Shown in pieces: positions 10,401 through 18,627 of a stretch of DNA of 32,689 nucleotides (position 1 is its first letter; each line of letters begins with the position of its first letter). Position numbers and translations under genes: made by a program. The DNA comes from a virus (Duplodnaviria > Caudoviricetes). The notes under the pieces were generated by a model, which did no database searches, was not told the DNA's origin, and saw nothing but the letters and a program-made list of their open reading frames with translations. The stretch is taken from positions 1-32,689 of the IMG/VR virus record IMGVR_UViG_3300020045_003294. One strand, written 5' to 3'.

Positions 10401-11952
10401 CAGAATAACCCTTTTTTGCCTCATCCCAATATAATTTTGCACCTTCGAAATCAAAAATAGCCAATCGAGATGCAGCCATTGCTGTACTTACGATAGCTTT
10501 ACCAAGAGCATAAACCATCGCAATAGAATTACCGATAGATTCTCCAATAGGCTTTAGTGCGGCCAAAACTCCGCCCCATCCATAAGCAATCGGAGCAAGC
10601 AACGATGCCATATCCTTCATAATAGGAACAAAACCTTTCAACACATTCCATGCTGCCGTAAAAGCATCTGCAATAAACCCCCAAGCGATCTTAATATATT
10701 GAACCACTTCATCCTGATTTGCTTTTAACCATGCTGTTGCAACCTGACCACTCTCAACAAGACTTTTATAGGTATCTTTAAATAATCCCCTCTGCATGAT
10801 ATTCCATGTAGTTTCGATAGAGGATGACACTGCCGCCCACGTTGACTGAATATCTCCCGAAGCTGCAATAATACCTGTTAAGTATGGAGTTAATAGCTCA
10901 AGAGTATTACCATATTTTCTACCTTCTTCAACAAGACCCTTCAGACCATCCTTATATTCACCAGTTTTTTTAATCTGCTGATCGATCATCAAGGCAACCA
11001 TATTGCCTTCTCTAACCTGACCTGAGAATAACGCTCTAATTTCCTGAGAAGCTTGTTTTTCTTTATCCTGTCCTTGAGTAAATAAAGCCACCGCATTTGT
11101 TAAAGCAGTAAATGATTCAATTTGTTTCTGATTATTAACATCAAGTATACTGCCCTGCATGGACATTGCCATGTTCATTTTTTGGATTTGAGATAAATTT
11201 GCAAAAGAATTAACATCCACCTGCTGCAAAACAGGAATTAGAGCTTCAGCGTATTGTAAATTTTCCTTATAATTTTTAGCTATATCACCTGTGATACCTT
11301 GCATGGTGGTGATTTGTGCTGCGACACCAATGGTTGATACTTTCATATCATCAATAGCTTTAATTCCACCCATAAATAAACCACCAATAACCTGTATCGC
11401 CTGAGATATGACATAGTAAGCCGCATAGAACCTCAACACCGCACGAGTCATAGAAGCCATTGACATCTCGTGATCGCCTACCATCTCCTTATTCAATTGT
11501 TTTAATTTTTCATTCTTGGCGCGTTCTATCCGAACCAGATCTTCAGATGTAGCCATGCTGGATTTTTTGATTGTATCATATGATGCTATAATTGCAGCTT
11601 CTTGTGCTTTGTAAGCAGCCTGTGATTTTATGCCAAGTGTTTCGTACAATGGGTTGGCGGTCATTTGCTGATTGATAGAATTAATTTTGGCAACCATAGC
11701 CGATTGAGCCCGTACCTGTTCATCGGCACTTTGCTTGGCGGCTCGGTTAATTCTCTCGTAAGACTTAATGGCTAAATTTGCCTGTAACTGATAATAAGCA
11801 TCAGCCTTTACGCCAAGATTTTGATAACTTAATTGTAGCGATTTATCAGTATCCTGAGCAAGATTCTTAATTTTTGCATTAAGATCGTTTTGCTGCTTGA
11901 CAAATTTTGTTGTATCTAATTCAATCTCAAAATAAAGTAATCCAACTGACAT
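7480..11952 (-). CDS. Tail tape measure protein
   Basis: 1490 aa, Ala-rich and helical with hydrophobic stretches. C-terminus has HASGG...FGEAGGEWAVP and VNVDGKEIG motifs. Located after the tail chaperones. Confidence 0.93.
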   Translation of the reverse strand: MSVGLLYFEIELDTTKFVKQQNDLNAKIKNLAQDTDKSLQLSYQNLGVKADAYYQLQANLAIKSYERINRAAKQSADEQVRAQSAMVAKINSINQQMTANPLYETLGIKSQAAYKAQEAAIIASYDTIKKSSMATSEDLVRIERAKNEKLKQLNKEMVGDHEMSMASMTRAVLRFYAAYYVISQAIQVIGGLFMGGIKAIDDMKVSTIGVAAQITTMQGITGDIAKNYKENLQYAEALIPVLQQVDVNSFANLSQIQKMNMAMSMQGSILDVNNQKQIESFTALTNAVALFTQGQDKEKQASQEIRALFSGQVREGNMVALMIDQQIKKTGEYKDGLKGLVEEGRKYGNTLELLTPYLTGIIAASGDIQSTWAAVSSSIETTWNIMQRGLFKDTYKSLVESGQVATAWLKANQDEVVQYIKIAWGFIADAFTAAWNVLKGFVPIMKDMASLLAPIAYGWGGVLAALKPIGESIGNSIAMVYALGKAIVSTAMAASRLAIFDFEGAKLYWDEAKKGYSDVWKLQKKNFDLVTTGVADSIVAYDKQYNAAKKAAQAKVTSPDIPLGAGTDAEKKKAEDYAKYMEQVREKAYLKEMELFDEAEKSNAKYLKDKEKDEVKLREKSYIEEMERFDALEESNAKYLEDYKKKQIDAAEEYRKIMMSVDSFSTDSHQKAMNRIIDMEKEKYRIIENLQNKGLISAEQAEKAKEKIIKNTAAETKKLNSDTFFQENSERQSAFSSMAQNFDAMGQLYVKDSRERQALSDMSKAATIAEIALQVQKNLMIAVGAVVNQGTGDPYSAFARIAAMIAVVSGVLAMGGIAFGGGGSGASVLSGPAFGQNTTVLGGANDQGSESISKSWELMQDTYDMEYRELSGIYNQMKDLNQNITGLVTTVVRNRLSFTPMETTSVVNEFSPMLSSISRNGSIFADKIFAYMDQLFWGTTTTQQMGIGVQAGAGPIRTIAEQWPGTVQANQWQTWKTENSGGWLGDSSTTIGGSQSETTDDIKLMFKNLYENFAGTFIELGSGLGADMEKLYSYTFSNIVVDFLGKTAEEINTAFTEEISRVTDIAAFDLFGDIVGQYQKIGEGLLETATRLITDKAVILDTMEMTGQAFVGTAQEAIALSESLINLAGDLDTLRENAEKYYDKFYSDAEKQVRLQQQLVEAFTDMNLVLPETRSGYRSLLESLTLDDSGQYMYVRMLELAESADEYYTALGDVLDAQNDLIASLKNQRDTIKQWLIDISMSNLSPAVSAESYANEYSRQRSIAFAGDASEDAISSYLNYAKTYLEFMRTYSGDYQNVYSSVINDVSTLGDRVDLQLDIAQRQLDALKNIELYTATSAAMAAASAVAATDPISQLYQLILGRSADTSGYQYYSALYGSGTTLSSIAASMYASSEYTGHASGGYSSVPAIFGEAGGEWAVPTYEPQRTNFLKKAPSAFWENLGLNGGSNGPGGEMVVHVHVNVDGKEIGDVVTKQIPRNGDLAGAIRRIVN

Positions 11953-11960
11953 TATACCAC

Positions 11961-12464
11961 CTACTTAACTTCGGGAACTTTACGCATTTCAGCCACAATA
12001 ATATCTTTAGCCTTACCCTTTATTGACTGAAATGCTGGTCGCATAAATGGCTGCTTTGGTACACCCTTGCCCCATCCTGTAGAGGCAGTACCATATTCGG
12101 TAAACCGAGCATAAAAAACATCTTTATTCCCTGCGTATACACGCAAGTTCGATGGCCTGTCATATTTCTCTACTTTGCGAATTGTTGATCTTAAACTACC
12201 AGCAACCCGTCCCACTTGTGTATCTGCAATGAAATTTACTGTCTTGCCTTTGCCGCGTCCAGTTTTCGGGGTGAATAAAACATCGCGCAATACTCGTTTG
12301 CTTGTACGATATGCCGTGCCTACGGGTACATCCTTCCTCGTTGGACACAATCGCTTAGCAATAATAACACTTTCATCCATAACTTCATTGGCTCCAACCA
12401 TAGCCGCATCGGTGATTTGCTGACAAACTTCTTTGATTTTTAAACCAATGACTCGTACTGCCAT
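11961..12464 (-). CDS. HK97 gp10-like tail completion/neck protein
   Basis: AKRLCP, GSLRSTI, FYARFTEYGT and PKQPFMRPAF motifs. Confidence 0.85.
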   Translation of the reverse strand: MAVRVIGLKIKEVCQQITDAAMVGANEVMDESVIIAKRLCPTRKDVPVGTAYRTSKRVLRDVLFTPKTGRGKGKTVNFIADTQVGRVAGSLRSTIRKVEKYDRPSNLRVYAGNKDVFYARFTEYGTASTGWGKGVPKQPFMRPAFQSIKGKAKDIIVAEMRKVPEVK

Positions 12465-12466
12465 CT

Positions 12467-12847
12467 CTATCCCTCGTTATCCCTCTTTGTTTGTTGTGCT
12501 GAATGCCATGCTTTTAATACTCGTTGAAATGTTTCCCATTCGTTAGAGATACCACCCGGAAACTTCTCAATCGCTTTCCAAAGAGATATATGATTAATAT
12601 CAATCTCTATATCCTGTTCACCATTCCATCTGCATTCACACTGATTCCGAGTCATCAAGTAAATCTTGGCTGCTATTTCATTTTCAGGTAATAATTCTAT
12701 TCTCTTTTTTTCATCCGTACATCTATCGCACGGTGGCTCTTCCGGAGGGTTACGTAAACTAAATAGTGTTTGACATCGAGTGGGACAGTAAGGGGGGTCA
12801 AGCCCCCCGTACATCATTATATAACTGGCCCACTCACAGAGTTTTTT
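12467..12847 (-). CDS. Tail assembly chaperone, frameshifted C-terminal part (gpT-like)
   Basis: The -1 frame opens at slippery A AAA AAC (12847-12841) and reads LCEWASYIMMYGG... into ORF 12467..12817. Confidence 0.8.
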   Translation of the reverse strand, partial: KKLCEWASYIMMYGGLDPPYCPTRCQTLFSLRNPPEEPPCDRCTDEKKRIELLPENEIAAKIYLMTRNQCECRWNGEQDIEIDINHISLWKAIEKFPGGISNEWETFQRVLKAWHSAQQTKRDNEG

Positions 12848-13287
12848 TCAACTTGCTCTTTGACGCCGGAACTTGCGATCAATTGCTGGCATCTGGCAAA
12901 AAATCTGTCAAACACAGGAACCTTCATAAGTGCCAATTTATTCTCACGAGTACAAGTTATTTCATTACCCGTTTTTGCATCTTTAAAGCCTTCAATCCCA
13001 GTAATCGCAAAATCAAAAGCATCATCACGTTCAACCCTGGCTTCTTCAGTAGACAGTTCAGCATAAAATGAAATCCGTTCCATCTGTCGTGTTTTTGGAT
13101 TCATTACATGTTCTGTTTGTCGCTTTCGTTTGGCAATTCGCTCTTCAAAGAACGGCGTCATGGACCGAATCTGCACCTTGGCATCCGTAACCGGGTCATC
13201 AAATACCGGGTCTCCAGTTGAGGGATCAATATGCGAATTCTGAAATGGGAACCATTCACCTTCGTTTTGTTCAAGACTAAACAGCAT
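12817..13287 (-). CDS. Tail assembly chaperone (gpG-like)
   Basis: Acidic 156-aa ORF directly after the tail tube gene, ending EKNSVSGPVI over a slippery heptamer. Confidence 0.82.
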   Translation of the reverse strand: MLFSLEQNEGEWFPFQNSHIDPSTGDPVFDDPVTDAKVQIRSMTPFFEERIAKRKRQTEHVMNPKTRQMERISFYAELSTEEARVERDDAFDFAITGIEGFKDAKTGNEITCTRENKLALMKVPVFDRFFARCQQLIASSGVKEQVEKNSVSGPVI

Positions 13288-13329
13288 AAATACACCATTA
13301 TGTTCTTTCTAGCCAATGGCTGATAATTC

Positions 13330-13355
13330 GGTGGGCTGTGATATTACAACCCACC
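13330..13355 (-). other. Stem-loop downstream of tail tube gene
   Basis: GGTGGGTTGT-AATATC-ACAGCCCACC with no U-tract; possible mRNA stabiliser. Confidence 0.5.
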
Positions 13356-13379
13356 TACAGATCATATATTAAGTTAACA

Positions 13380-13811
13380 TTAAGTCCCTGTGCCAACCTG
13401 CTCCATTGCTTTACTTGAAACCTGACCACTAAAAGAAATCGTACCAAAGTTGTTACGAGGTAAAGTAATAGCATCTGCCTTTGTAACAATAATGTATCCA
13501 CCAGATGCTACACGCCAAAAAGTTGAAACATTGGCATAAAGATAAAGATCGGTAAGATGAGTACCTGCTTGACACACAGCGGAGAGCGCCAACTGTCCAT
13601 TGGTATCAGCCGGATCGTAATTACCATTAAATTCAATGGTCCCAGCTTCACCCAATTCCGCAACCTCGTACACTTTAGTCCCCGTATCACCAAATGCTGT
13701 AGGGGCTGAAGTGACAGGCAAACTAAACCCACTCATTGACCATGACACCATATTAGCCACAACAACCGACCCGTACATAACCTTACCATTAACACCAGCT
13801 ATCTTGCCCAT
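13380..13811 (-). CDS. Major tail (tube) protein
   Basis: Start MGKIAGVNGKV after AAGGAGG. 143 aa with SWSMS, GTIEFNGNYDP and ISFSGQVS, typical of siphovirus tube proteins. Precedes the chaperones. Confidence 0.85.
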   Translation of the reverse strand: MGKIAGVNGKVMYGSVVVANMVSWSMSGFSLPVTSAPTAFGDTGTKVYEVAELGEAGTIEFNGNYDPADTNGQLALSAVCQAGTHLTDLYLYANVSTFWRVASGGYIIVTKADAITLPRNNFGTISFSGQVSSKAMEQVGTGT

Positions 13812-13839
13812 CGTAAATCCTCCTTGTTGTTTCGGAGGC

Positions 13840-13938
13840 AATAAAAAAGCCCCACGAAATGAATGTTGTTTTCATCTCAACGGGGCTTTTTGGCGCGGTT
13901 GACTTATCAGACTGTGCGTCTTACGAGGGACAACCTGA
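13840..13938 (-). ncRNA. Structured RNA element copy B (same architecture as 895-1008)
   Basis: TCAGGTTGT-CCCTC-GTAA-GACGC-ACAGTCTGA, then CAACCGCGC, then hairpin AAAAAGCCCC...GGGGCTTTTT and a U-tract. Confidence 0.7.
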
Positions 13939-13964
13939 AACTTTCTACCAATTGTGATTTTACC

Positions 13965-14057
13965 TTACTTCTCTTTCATTAAATCTTCAAGTAATTTTAC
14001 AATCATTTTTAGACCACGAATAATAGCCTGACATATTTTTTTGCTGTCTTCGTTCAT
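13965..14057 (-). CDS. 30-aa amphipathic helical peptide
   Basis: MNEDSKKICQAIIRGLKMIVKLLEDLMKEK. ATGA overlap with the upstream stop and AAGGAG upstream. Confidence 0.65.
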   Translation of the reverse strand: MNEDSKKICQAIIRGLKMIVKLLEDLMKEK

Positions 14058-15442
14058 GCTGCCACTCCTTCCGGTGCGGCTGAAGTCATAAAAGCTCGTA
14101 TCTGCTCTAATTTTACTTCTGCATCTGGTGATAGGCCTAATGCCGTAGAGTCTAATTTCCATTTAGCACTAAATCTATCATGAAGCATTTTGTACCTTAC
14201 CCGGAATTCTTCCGGTGGGAACCATGTAAACGGACGGAGGCAATAGTGTTCGCAAAATGCATCGATCACCCATGCAGTTTGATTAGACTCCCATGCCTGT
14301 AATACGCACAATGTTCCATACAAATCAAATCCGTCAAGTGATTCATCAAACCGAAATCCTTTTTTCAGGTTTACGATAATCACGCATTCATCAAAGCAGC
14401 AGGCAGGATGCGGAAAGTAGTGAATATCGGAAGTATCAAAATGATCAGGAATCCGCATATCATGAAATTTACCACAGATAATCCCATTAGCGTCCTTGCC
14501 GATTACACCAGCAACTACCCAGGATTCAGGAAGCATTTTTATTTGACGCCGTACCTGTTCCATCCATCCGGATCGGAAATACATATCTTGATGAGCAAGG
14601 ATACAGATATCGGAACCTTCCTGCTCAGCTTTGGATAAAAGAATATTTAATCCTTTGGTGGCAGATTCAGCATTCTGGACAAAGTTCATGCTACCTTCTA
14701 TTTGGGATCGCCGGAGTACCATATCGAAACGAAGCTGATCATTAATAAGAACTCCAAATGATACTTTCAACTTGGAATCAATGGCACTTTGGGTAATCCG
14801 GATAAACTCATCCAATTGTGCATTAAAATTTTTGATCATATCATCATAATCTGGTTGTGGCTTCTTACCTGGAATAACGACTACCCTACATCCACATCGT
14901 TCTGCTTCTGTTACTAAAGCAGTGCAATCGTCATAGGAATAGAACACTTCCATCGTATTGAATAAGGCTGCAAGCTGTTCACGATTATCCGGCCAATCCG
15001 GAGTAATTTCCACCAATCCTTTTGTTTCTGGAATCTCTTCAACAAGACCAGCCCCCTTGCCTATCCAAAAGCAACCACCGGAACGTGGAAGTCCTTTATC
15101 GTAGAAAAAGTCTTCGATTACAGGGATGGTTAATACTGGGACATCCGGATAGAACGTGGAGGCGTAGGTGAATATAATATCCTTTGAGTCGTATTCCTTT
15201 TCACCACCCAACAGGCCGGGGTAATTTAAAACGTACCGTACAACCACACTACCTTTCATGGGATTTCCCGTAACCGTTTCAGGATATACAACAATTGCGT
15301 TAGGAGGAGCGTTACCACCTTGGAATATCTTCGCTTCGTATCCACGTTCTTCGAGATGTCGGCGTAATTCATACAACGCACGCACGCCCGCTGAGCTGTT
15401 ACGATACGGTGGTGCCATGATGATGTAGGGAGCTTTAGTCAT
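14054..15442 (-). CDS. Two-domain glycosyltransferase (N-terminal WavQ-like/GT-B-like domain + C-terminal GT-A, Glyco_tranf_2_5-like)
   Basis: N-terminal PYIIMAPPYRNSSAGVRALYEL and IVVYPETVTGNP. C-terminal SATKGLN, HQDMYF, DECVII and FDESLDGFDLYG. Confidence 0.78.
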   Translation of the reverse strand: MTKAPYIIMAPPYRNSSAGVRALYELRRHLEERGYEAKIFQGGNAPPNAIVVYPETVTGNPMKGSVVVRYVLNYPGLLGGEKEYDSKDIIFTYASTFYPDVPVLTIPVIEDFFYDKGLPRSGGCFWIGKGAGLVEEIPETKGLVEITPDWPDNREQLAALFNTMEVFYSYDDCTALVTEAERCGCRVVVIPGKKPQPDYDDMIKNFNAQLDEFIRITQSAIDSKLKVSFGVLINDQLRFDMVLRRSQIEGSMNFVQNAESATKGLNILLSKAEQEGSDICILAHQDMYFRSGWMEQVRRQIKMLPESWVVAGVIGKDANGIICGKFHDMRIPDHFDTSDIHYFPHPACCFDECVIIVNLKKGFRFDESLDGFDLYGTLCVLQAWESNQTAWVIDAFCEHYCLRPFTWFPPEEFRVRYKMLHDRFSAKWKLDSTALGLSPDAEVKLEQIRAFMTSAAPEGVAA

Positions 15443-15445
15443 TTA

Positions 15446-16168
15446 TTACATATCCTTTCTGAATAATGCTATTCCGCAAGATGGACCTGAACCTGAAATC
15501 CATTCACCAACCAGAGTAAATTCAGTTCCTTGTGCTAATTCCTTTACCACGTGGTAGACGCCCTGCCCACTGTTGGCGGTATCATGTAGGATCAAAAAAC
15601 CCCCTGCCGTAAGCTTTGATGTATAATTTGATATATCCGCCATCGTTGCATCGTAGCCAGTATCTCCATCTAATAGTATAAGATCGAATGGACCGGATAC
15701 GCTATCAATAATTTCCTGATTATGAGAATTGCCAATCTTTTGTTCTGTTGCAACCCCCCGTAAAATAGCGGACCTGAATTTTACCTTTGGATGCTGATTA
15801 TCGTCAATTAAAACAATACGAAATGGATGGAAGAAATGATTGATTATAAATGTTGTACCACCCGCTGCAACACCAATTTCGAGGTATGACATGATCTCCT
15901 TACCAGAATCAAGAATAGCTTTGATACAAGATGATAATTCACTCGGTACTTGCTGTAAATACACACCACCTATATAAGAACCACCAAAAGTAACTAAATC
16001 ATCAGACCCGGATGCCATAATAACTTTTTCTATTTCTTCGAGTGGATGAGGATCATGGACAAGATTATTTAACATATTTATTTCTTTATCATCATTTTTA
16101 TTATCATTTTTATCATCATTTTTATCATCGCTTTTACTGTCATCCTGTATTACAATCTTCTTTGTCAT
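15446..16168 (-). CDS. Class I SAM-dependent methyltransferase (Methyltransf_24-like)
   Basis: YLEIGVAAGGT, FDLILLDGD and GGFLILHD motifs. Low-complexity DDKN N-terminus. Confidence 0.88.
   Translation of the reverse strand: MTKKIVIQDDSKSDDKNDDKNDNKNDDKEINMLNNLVHDPHPLEEIEKVIMASGSDDLVTFGGSYIGGVYLQQVPSELSSCIKAILDSGKEIMSYLEIGVAAGGTTFIINHFFHPFRIVLIDDNQHPKVKFRSAILRGVATEQKIGNSHNQEIIDSVSGPFDLILLDGDTGYDATMADISNYTSKLTAGGFLILHDTANSGQGVYHVVKELAQGTEFTLVGEWISGSGPSCGIALFRKDM
16085..16135. repeat. 12-bp tandem repeat (about 4 imperfect copies) encoding DDKN
   Basis: TTTATCATCATT units on the plus strand. Confidence 0.8.
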
Positions 16169-16383
16169 GCTATGTATCCTCCTGTGTTCCCGGATTCAAT
16201 ACTTCTTTCTTCTACAGTAGCATCCCACTCTTCCATTGCCTGATAAGCCTCATCAGGAGTACGCCGACCAGCAGCACGGAACGTTCGTTCACCATCATCA
16301 CCCATTGTCGGAGGAATTTCAATCCATACAAAGGCTATCCATTCTGATCGTGTGATTTGTTCGAGGGGTTTAATTTGTTCCAT
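16165..16383 (-). CDS. Hypothetical protein (72 aa)
   Basis: AGAAAGGA RBS; stop overlaps the methyltransferase start. Confidence 0.75.
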   Translation of the reverse strand: MEQIKPLEQITRSEWIAFVWIEIPPTMGDDGERTFRAAGRRTPDEAYQAMEEWDATVEERSIESGNTGGYIA

Positions 16384-16396
16384 TGATTATCCTTTC

Positions 16397-16474
16397 TTAA
16401 TATCCCTTAATATTTAACCATCGTGACAATAAAAACAATATGATTATAAAAACTAAAACTGCCAACCATTCCAT
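16397..16474 (-). CDS. 25-aa single-pass membrane peptide
   Basis: MEWLAVLVFIIILFLLSRWLNIKGY. AGAAAGGA RBS; fills the gap between neighbours. Confidence 0.65.
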   Translation of the reverse strand: MEWLAVLVFIIILFLLSRWLNIKGY

Positions 16475-16486
16475 TAATTATCCTTT

Positions 16487-16669
16487 CTATCGTCCAAAAA
16501 CAATATTTGTAGTAAATACCAACTTATCCTCCTTATCTTCTGATAAAAAATGATTGATATTTGCCGAAACAATTACAATACCATTCTTCGTAGAAAAATA
16601 TTGCAATTTTTCTCCTATTTCCTTTTCGAGATTTTCTTTTTCTTTTATGAATTCTTTTGTTGGAACCAT
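16487..16669 (-). CDS. Hypothetical protein (60 aa)
   Basis: AGAAAGGA RBS; AT-rich. Confidence 0.7.
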   Translation of the reverse strand: MVPTKEFIKEKENLEKEIGEKLQYFSTKNGIVIVSANINHFLSEDKEDKLVFTTNIVFGR

Positions 16670-16684
16670 ACAGAATTATCCTTT

Positions 16685-17101
16685 CTATGTTGCCTGATAA
16701 GTAGCTTCGTAGTCAATTGCCGTGTGGTAGATCATGCTCGTACCATCCTGCAAAGCCGATACATCTTCTTCCATTGATACTATATTCTGTCTCTGGAATC
16801 CAACCAATAACTTGCTGCCAGATAGGGTTAATACACAATCATCAAACAATGCTATTAAATCTGCTTCCATTGTAAGTATTTCTTGTGGCCCTGCTGATTG
16901 CTGAGAGTAAAGATCGAATTGGATTAATACGGTCTCACCTTTTTTGGCGAATGCATTATCAGGGACACCGGACACGCGGGAATAGACAACACGGGGATAG
17001 TCGGGAGATGATGCGACAACGTAATAACAGCGGCCTTGCACATCGTTGTAGATAGCGGAGTCGAGAAAATGGGTGTCAATTGCTGGACGTAATATGTTCA
17101 T
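16685..17101 (-). CDS. Tail terminator / tail completion protein (DUF3168-like)
   Basis: YPRVVYSRVS, IQFDLYS and YHTAIDY motifs; follows head closure gene. Confidence 0.82.
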   Translation of the reverse strand: MNILRPAIDTHFLDSAIYNDVQGRCYYVVASSPDYPRVVYSRVSGVPDNAFAKKGETVLIQFDLYSQQSAGPQEILTMEADLIALFDDCVLTLSGSKLLVGFQRQNIVSMEEDVSALQDGTSMIYHTAIDYEATYQAT

Positions 17102-17104
17102 ACA

Positions 17105-17416
17105 TTAAGCCTCACGTACTTTAATTTCCAATTCCATATTCCTACCACCTAAATTGATAGGTAATGCTGCTATGTTGAGATATTTTTCCTTATATTTAAT
17201 ACGCCAAGTAGTCAATATATTAACAGGCCGATACGCAATACGAATCTTCCCGGTAATTGGTGACTGCACCTGTTGCGCTACTATGGATTCTTGCCCCGTT
17301 AAAGGCCAATATGAGCCATAGCATGAGAATATAGTCTGCCAACCAGTGACACCATTAGCGTCTTTGGTTGGAGCCTGGAACGTTAGATATTTATTGCGTT
17401 CTCCAATTCTCGCCAT
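17105..17416 (-). CDS. Head closure / head-tail adaptor (SPP1 gp16-like)
   Basis: RIGERNKYLTFQ, WPLTGQES, KIRIAYR and WRIKY motifs. Confidence 0.88.
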   Translation of the reverse strand: MARIGERNKYLTFQAPTKDANGVTGWQTIFSCYGSYWPLTGQESIVAQQVQSPITGKIRIAYRPVNILTTWRIKYKEKYLNIAALPINLGGRNMELEIKVREA

Positions 17417-18627
17417 TATAAAAAGTCCATATCATGTAACCGTCCGATATTATTTATCAAACGTCCGTAGGTAATATCGTAATTAGTAGTATTCACCCCA
17501 ACCACATCATCCCCTCTGTTCATGTAATAATTAACCGCACGGCTTTTTATTGCCCTCTTCACATTTTCAGGTACATCTTCCGCCAGCCCGTACCCACAAA
17601 CGAATCGTATAGTTATTGGCTTAGATGGATAAAGTTCGCCATCAGGCCAAGACTCATTGTAAGGCAATACGATATATCCACACTCTGTACCATTTAATTC
17701 AACAAGATAATCGGTATTTTCGGTTAAAGTAGTTTCCGTTCCTGTGGTATCCTTCCACTTAACATATGTTACGGACTGTAAATTCCCAAACGGTATCTTG
17801 ATTCTATCTGATTCATAATCTCTGCTATCAGGCCACCTTGAAGGATAGTAATCCCATGTCTGAGTAATGATTTTCCTTCCTGTATCATTCTCAACATCCC
17901 TACGGGCCGTTTTAAGGTCTTCTTCAAGCATTGAATCTTCGGTTGACGTAGGCTCCCATGTCATAATGGATGAACCAAATTCACAAGCTGCAACAGTAAC
18001 CTTGGCTACCACCTGAATCCATTGCTTTGTCCCTGTGTAGGCTTTTTCTTGGATTACTGTATCATTCAGTTCTGTGACTTGCGTAAAGGCGCCTGTTGAC
18101 CAATCTGTGAATGTTCCGGTACTTGTATCACACTCACGGATTTTCGCGTCTACGATGCCACCTGAGCCATTGTTTACAGGATTTAAATAGACTACAGTAT
18201 TATGTCCGAGTACGTCAATAGGTGTACCGATTACCATATAGCCAGACAAATAAGTGGATGAGAAGGTTGGATTAGCCGGGCCTTGATCTGCAAGTTTAGC
18301 CGCCGTACCCGTTACGCCTACAACTTCACCGAGAGTAAATGCACCAGAACGAGATTTTACTATGTATGTTTTTGTTGTAAGAACAGTTTGGACTATACAA
18401 GTTTTAGATGATGCCTGCCCTGTGATTATATCTCCAGCTACCCATGTGGTTGCAGGAGCCACGTCGAGAGTCATTAATTCAAGATCAGTTGGATAACTGC
18501 CAGATGTGATTGTATTTTGGAGAACGGTATTATCGGCTATTGAACCACTGTCATTGTTGAGTTGTAATTTGTACTCACTAAGGGAAACGGGTTCAACTGC
18601 GGGAGGCGTTATAAGTTTTACCCTCAT
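17416..18627 (-). CDS. Head-tail connector (HK97 gp6 / phiE125 gp8-like) with ~200-aa insertion
   Basis: LITPPAVEPVSLSEYK at the N-terminus; EDSML...ARRDVENDTGRKIITQTW...IRFVCGYG...VPENVKRAI...YYMNR resumes after about residue 226. Confidence 0.88.
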   Translation of the reverse strand: MRVKLITPPAVEPVSLSEYKLQLNNDSGSIADNTVLQNTITSGSYPTDLELMTLDVAPATTWVAGDIITGQASSKTCIVQTVLTTKTYIVKSRSGAFTLGEVVGVTGTAAKLADQGPANPTFSSTYLSGYMVIGTPIDVLGHNTVVYLNPVNNGSGGIVDAKIRECDTSTGTFTDWSTGAFTQVTELNDTVIQEKAYTGTKQWIQVVAKVTVAACEFGSSIMTWEPTSTEDSMLEEDLKTARRDVENDTGRKIITQTWDYYPSRWPDSRDYESDRIKIPFGNLQSVTYVKWKDTTGTETTLTENTDYLVELNGTECGYIVLPYNESWPDGELYPSKPITIRFVCGYGLAEDVPENVKRAIKSRAVNYYMNRGDDVVGVNTTNYDITYGRLINNIGRLHDMDFL

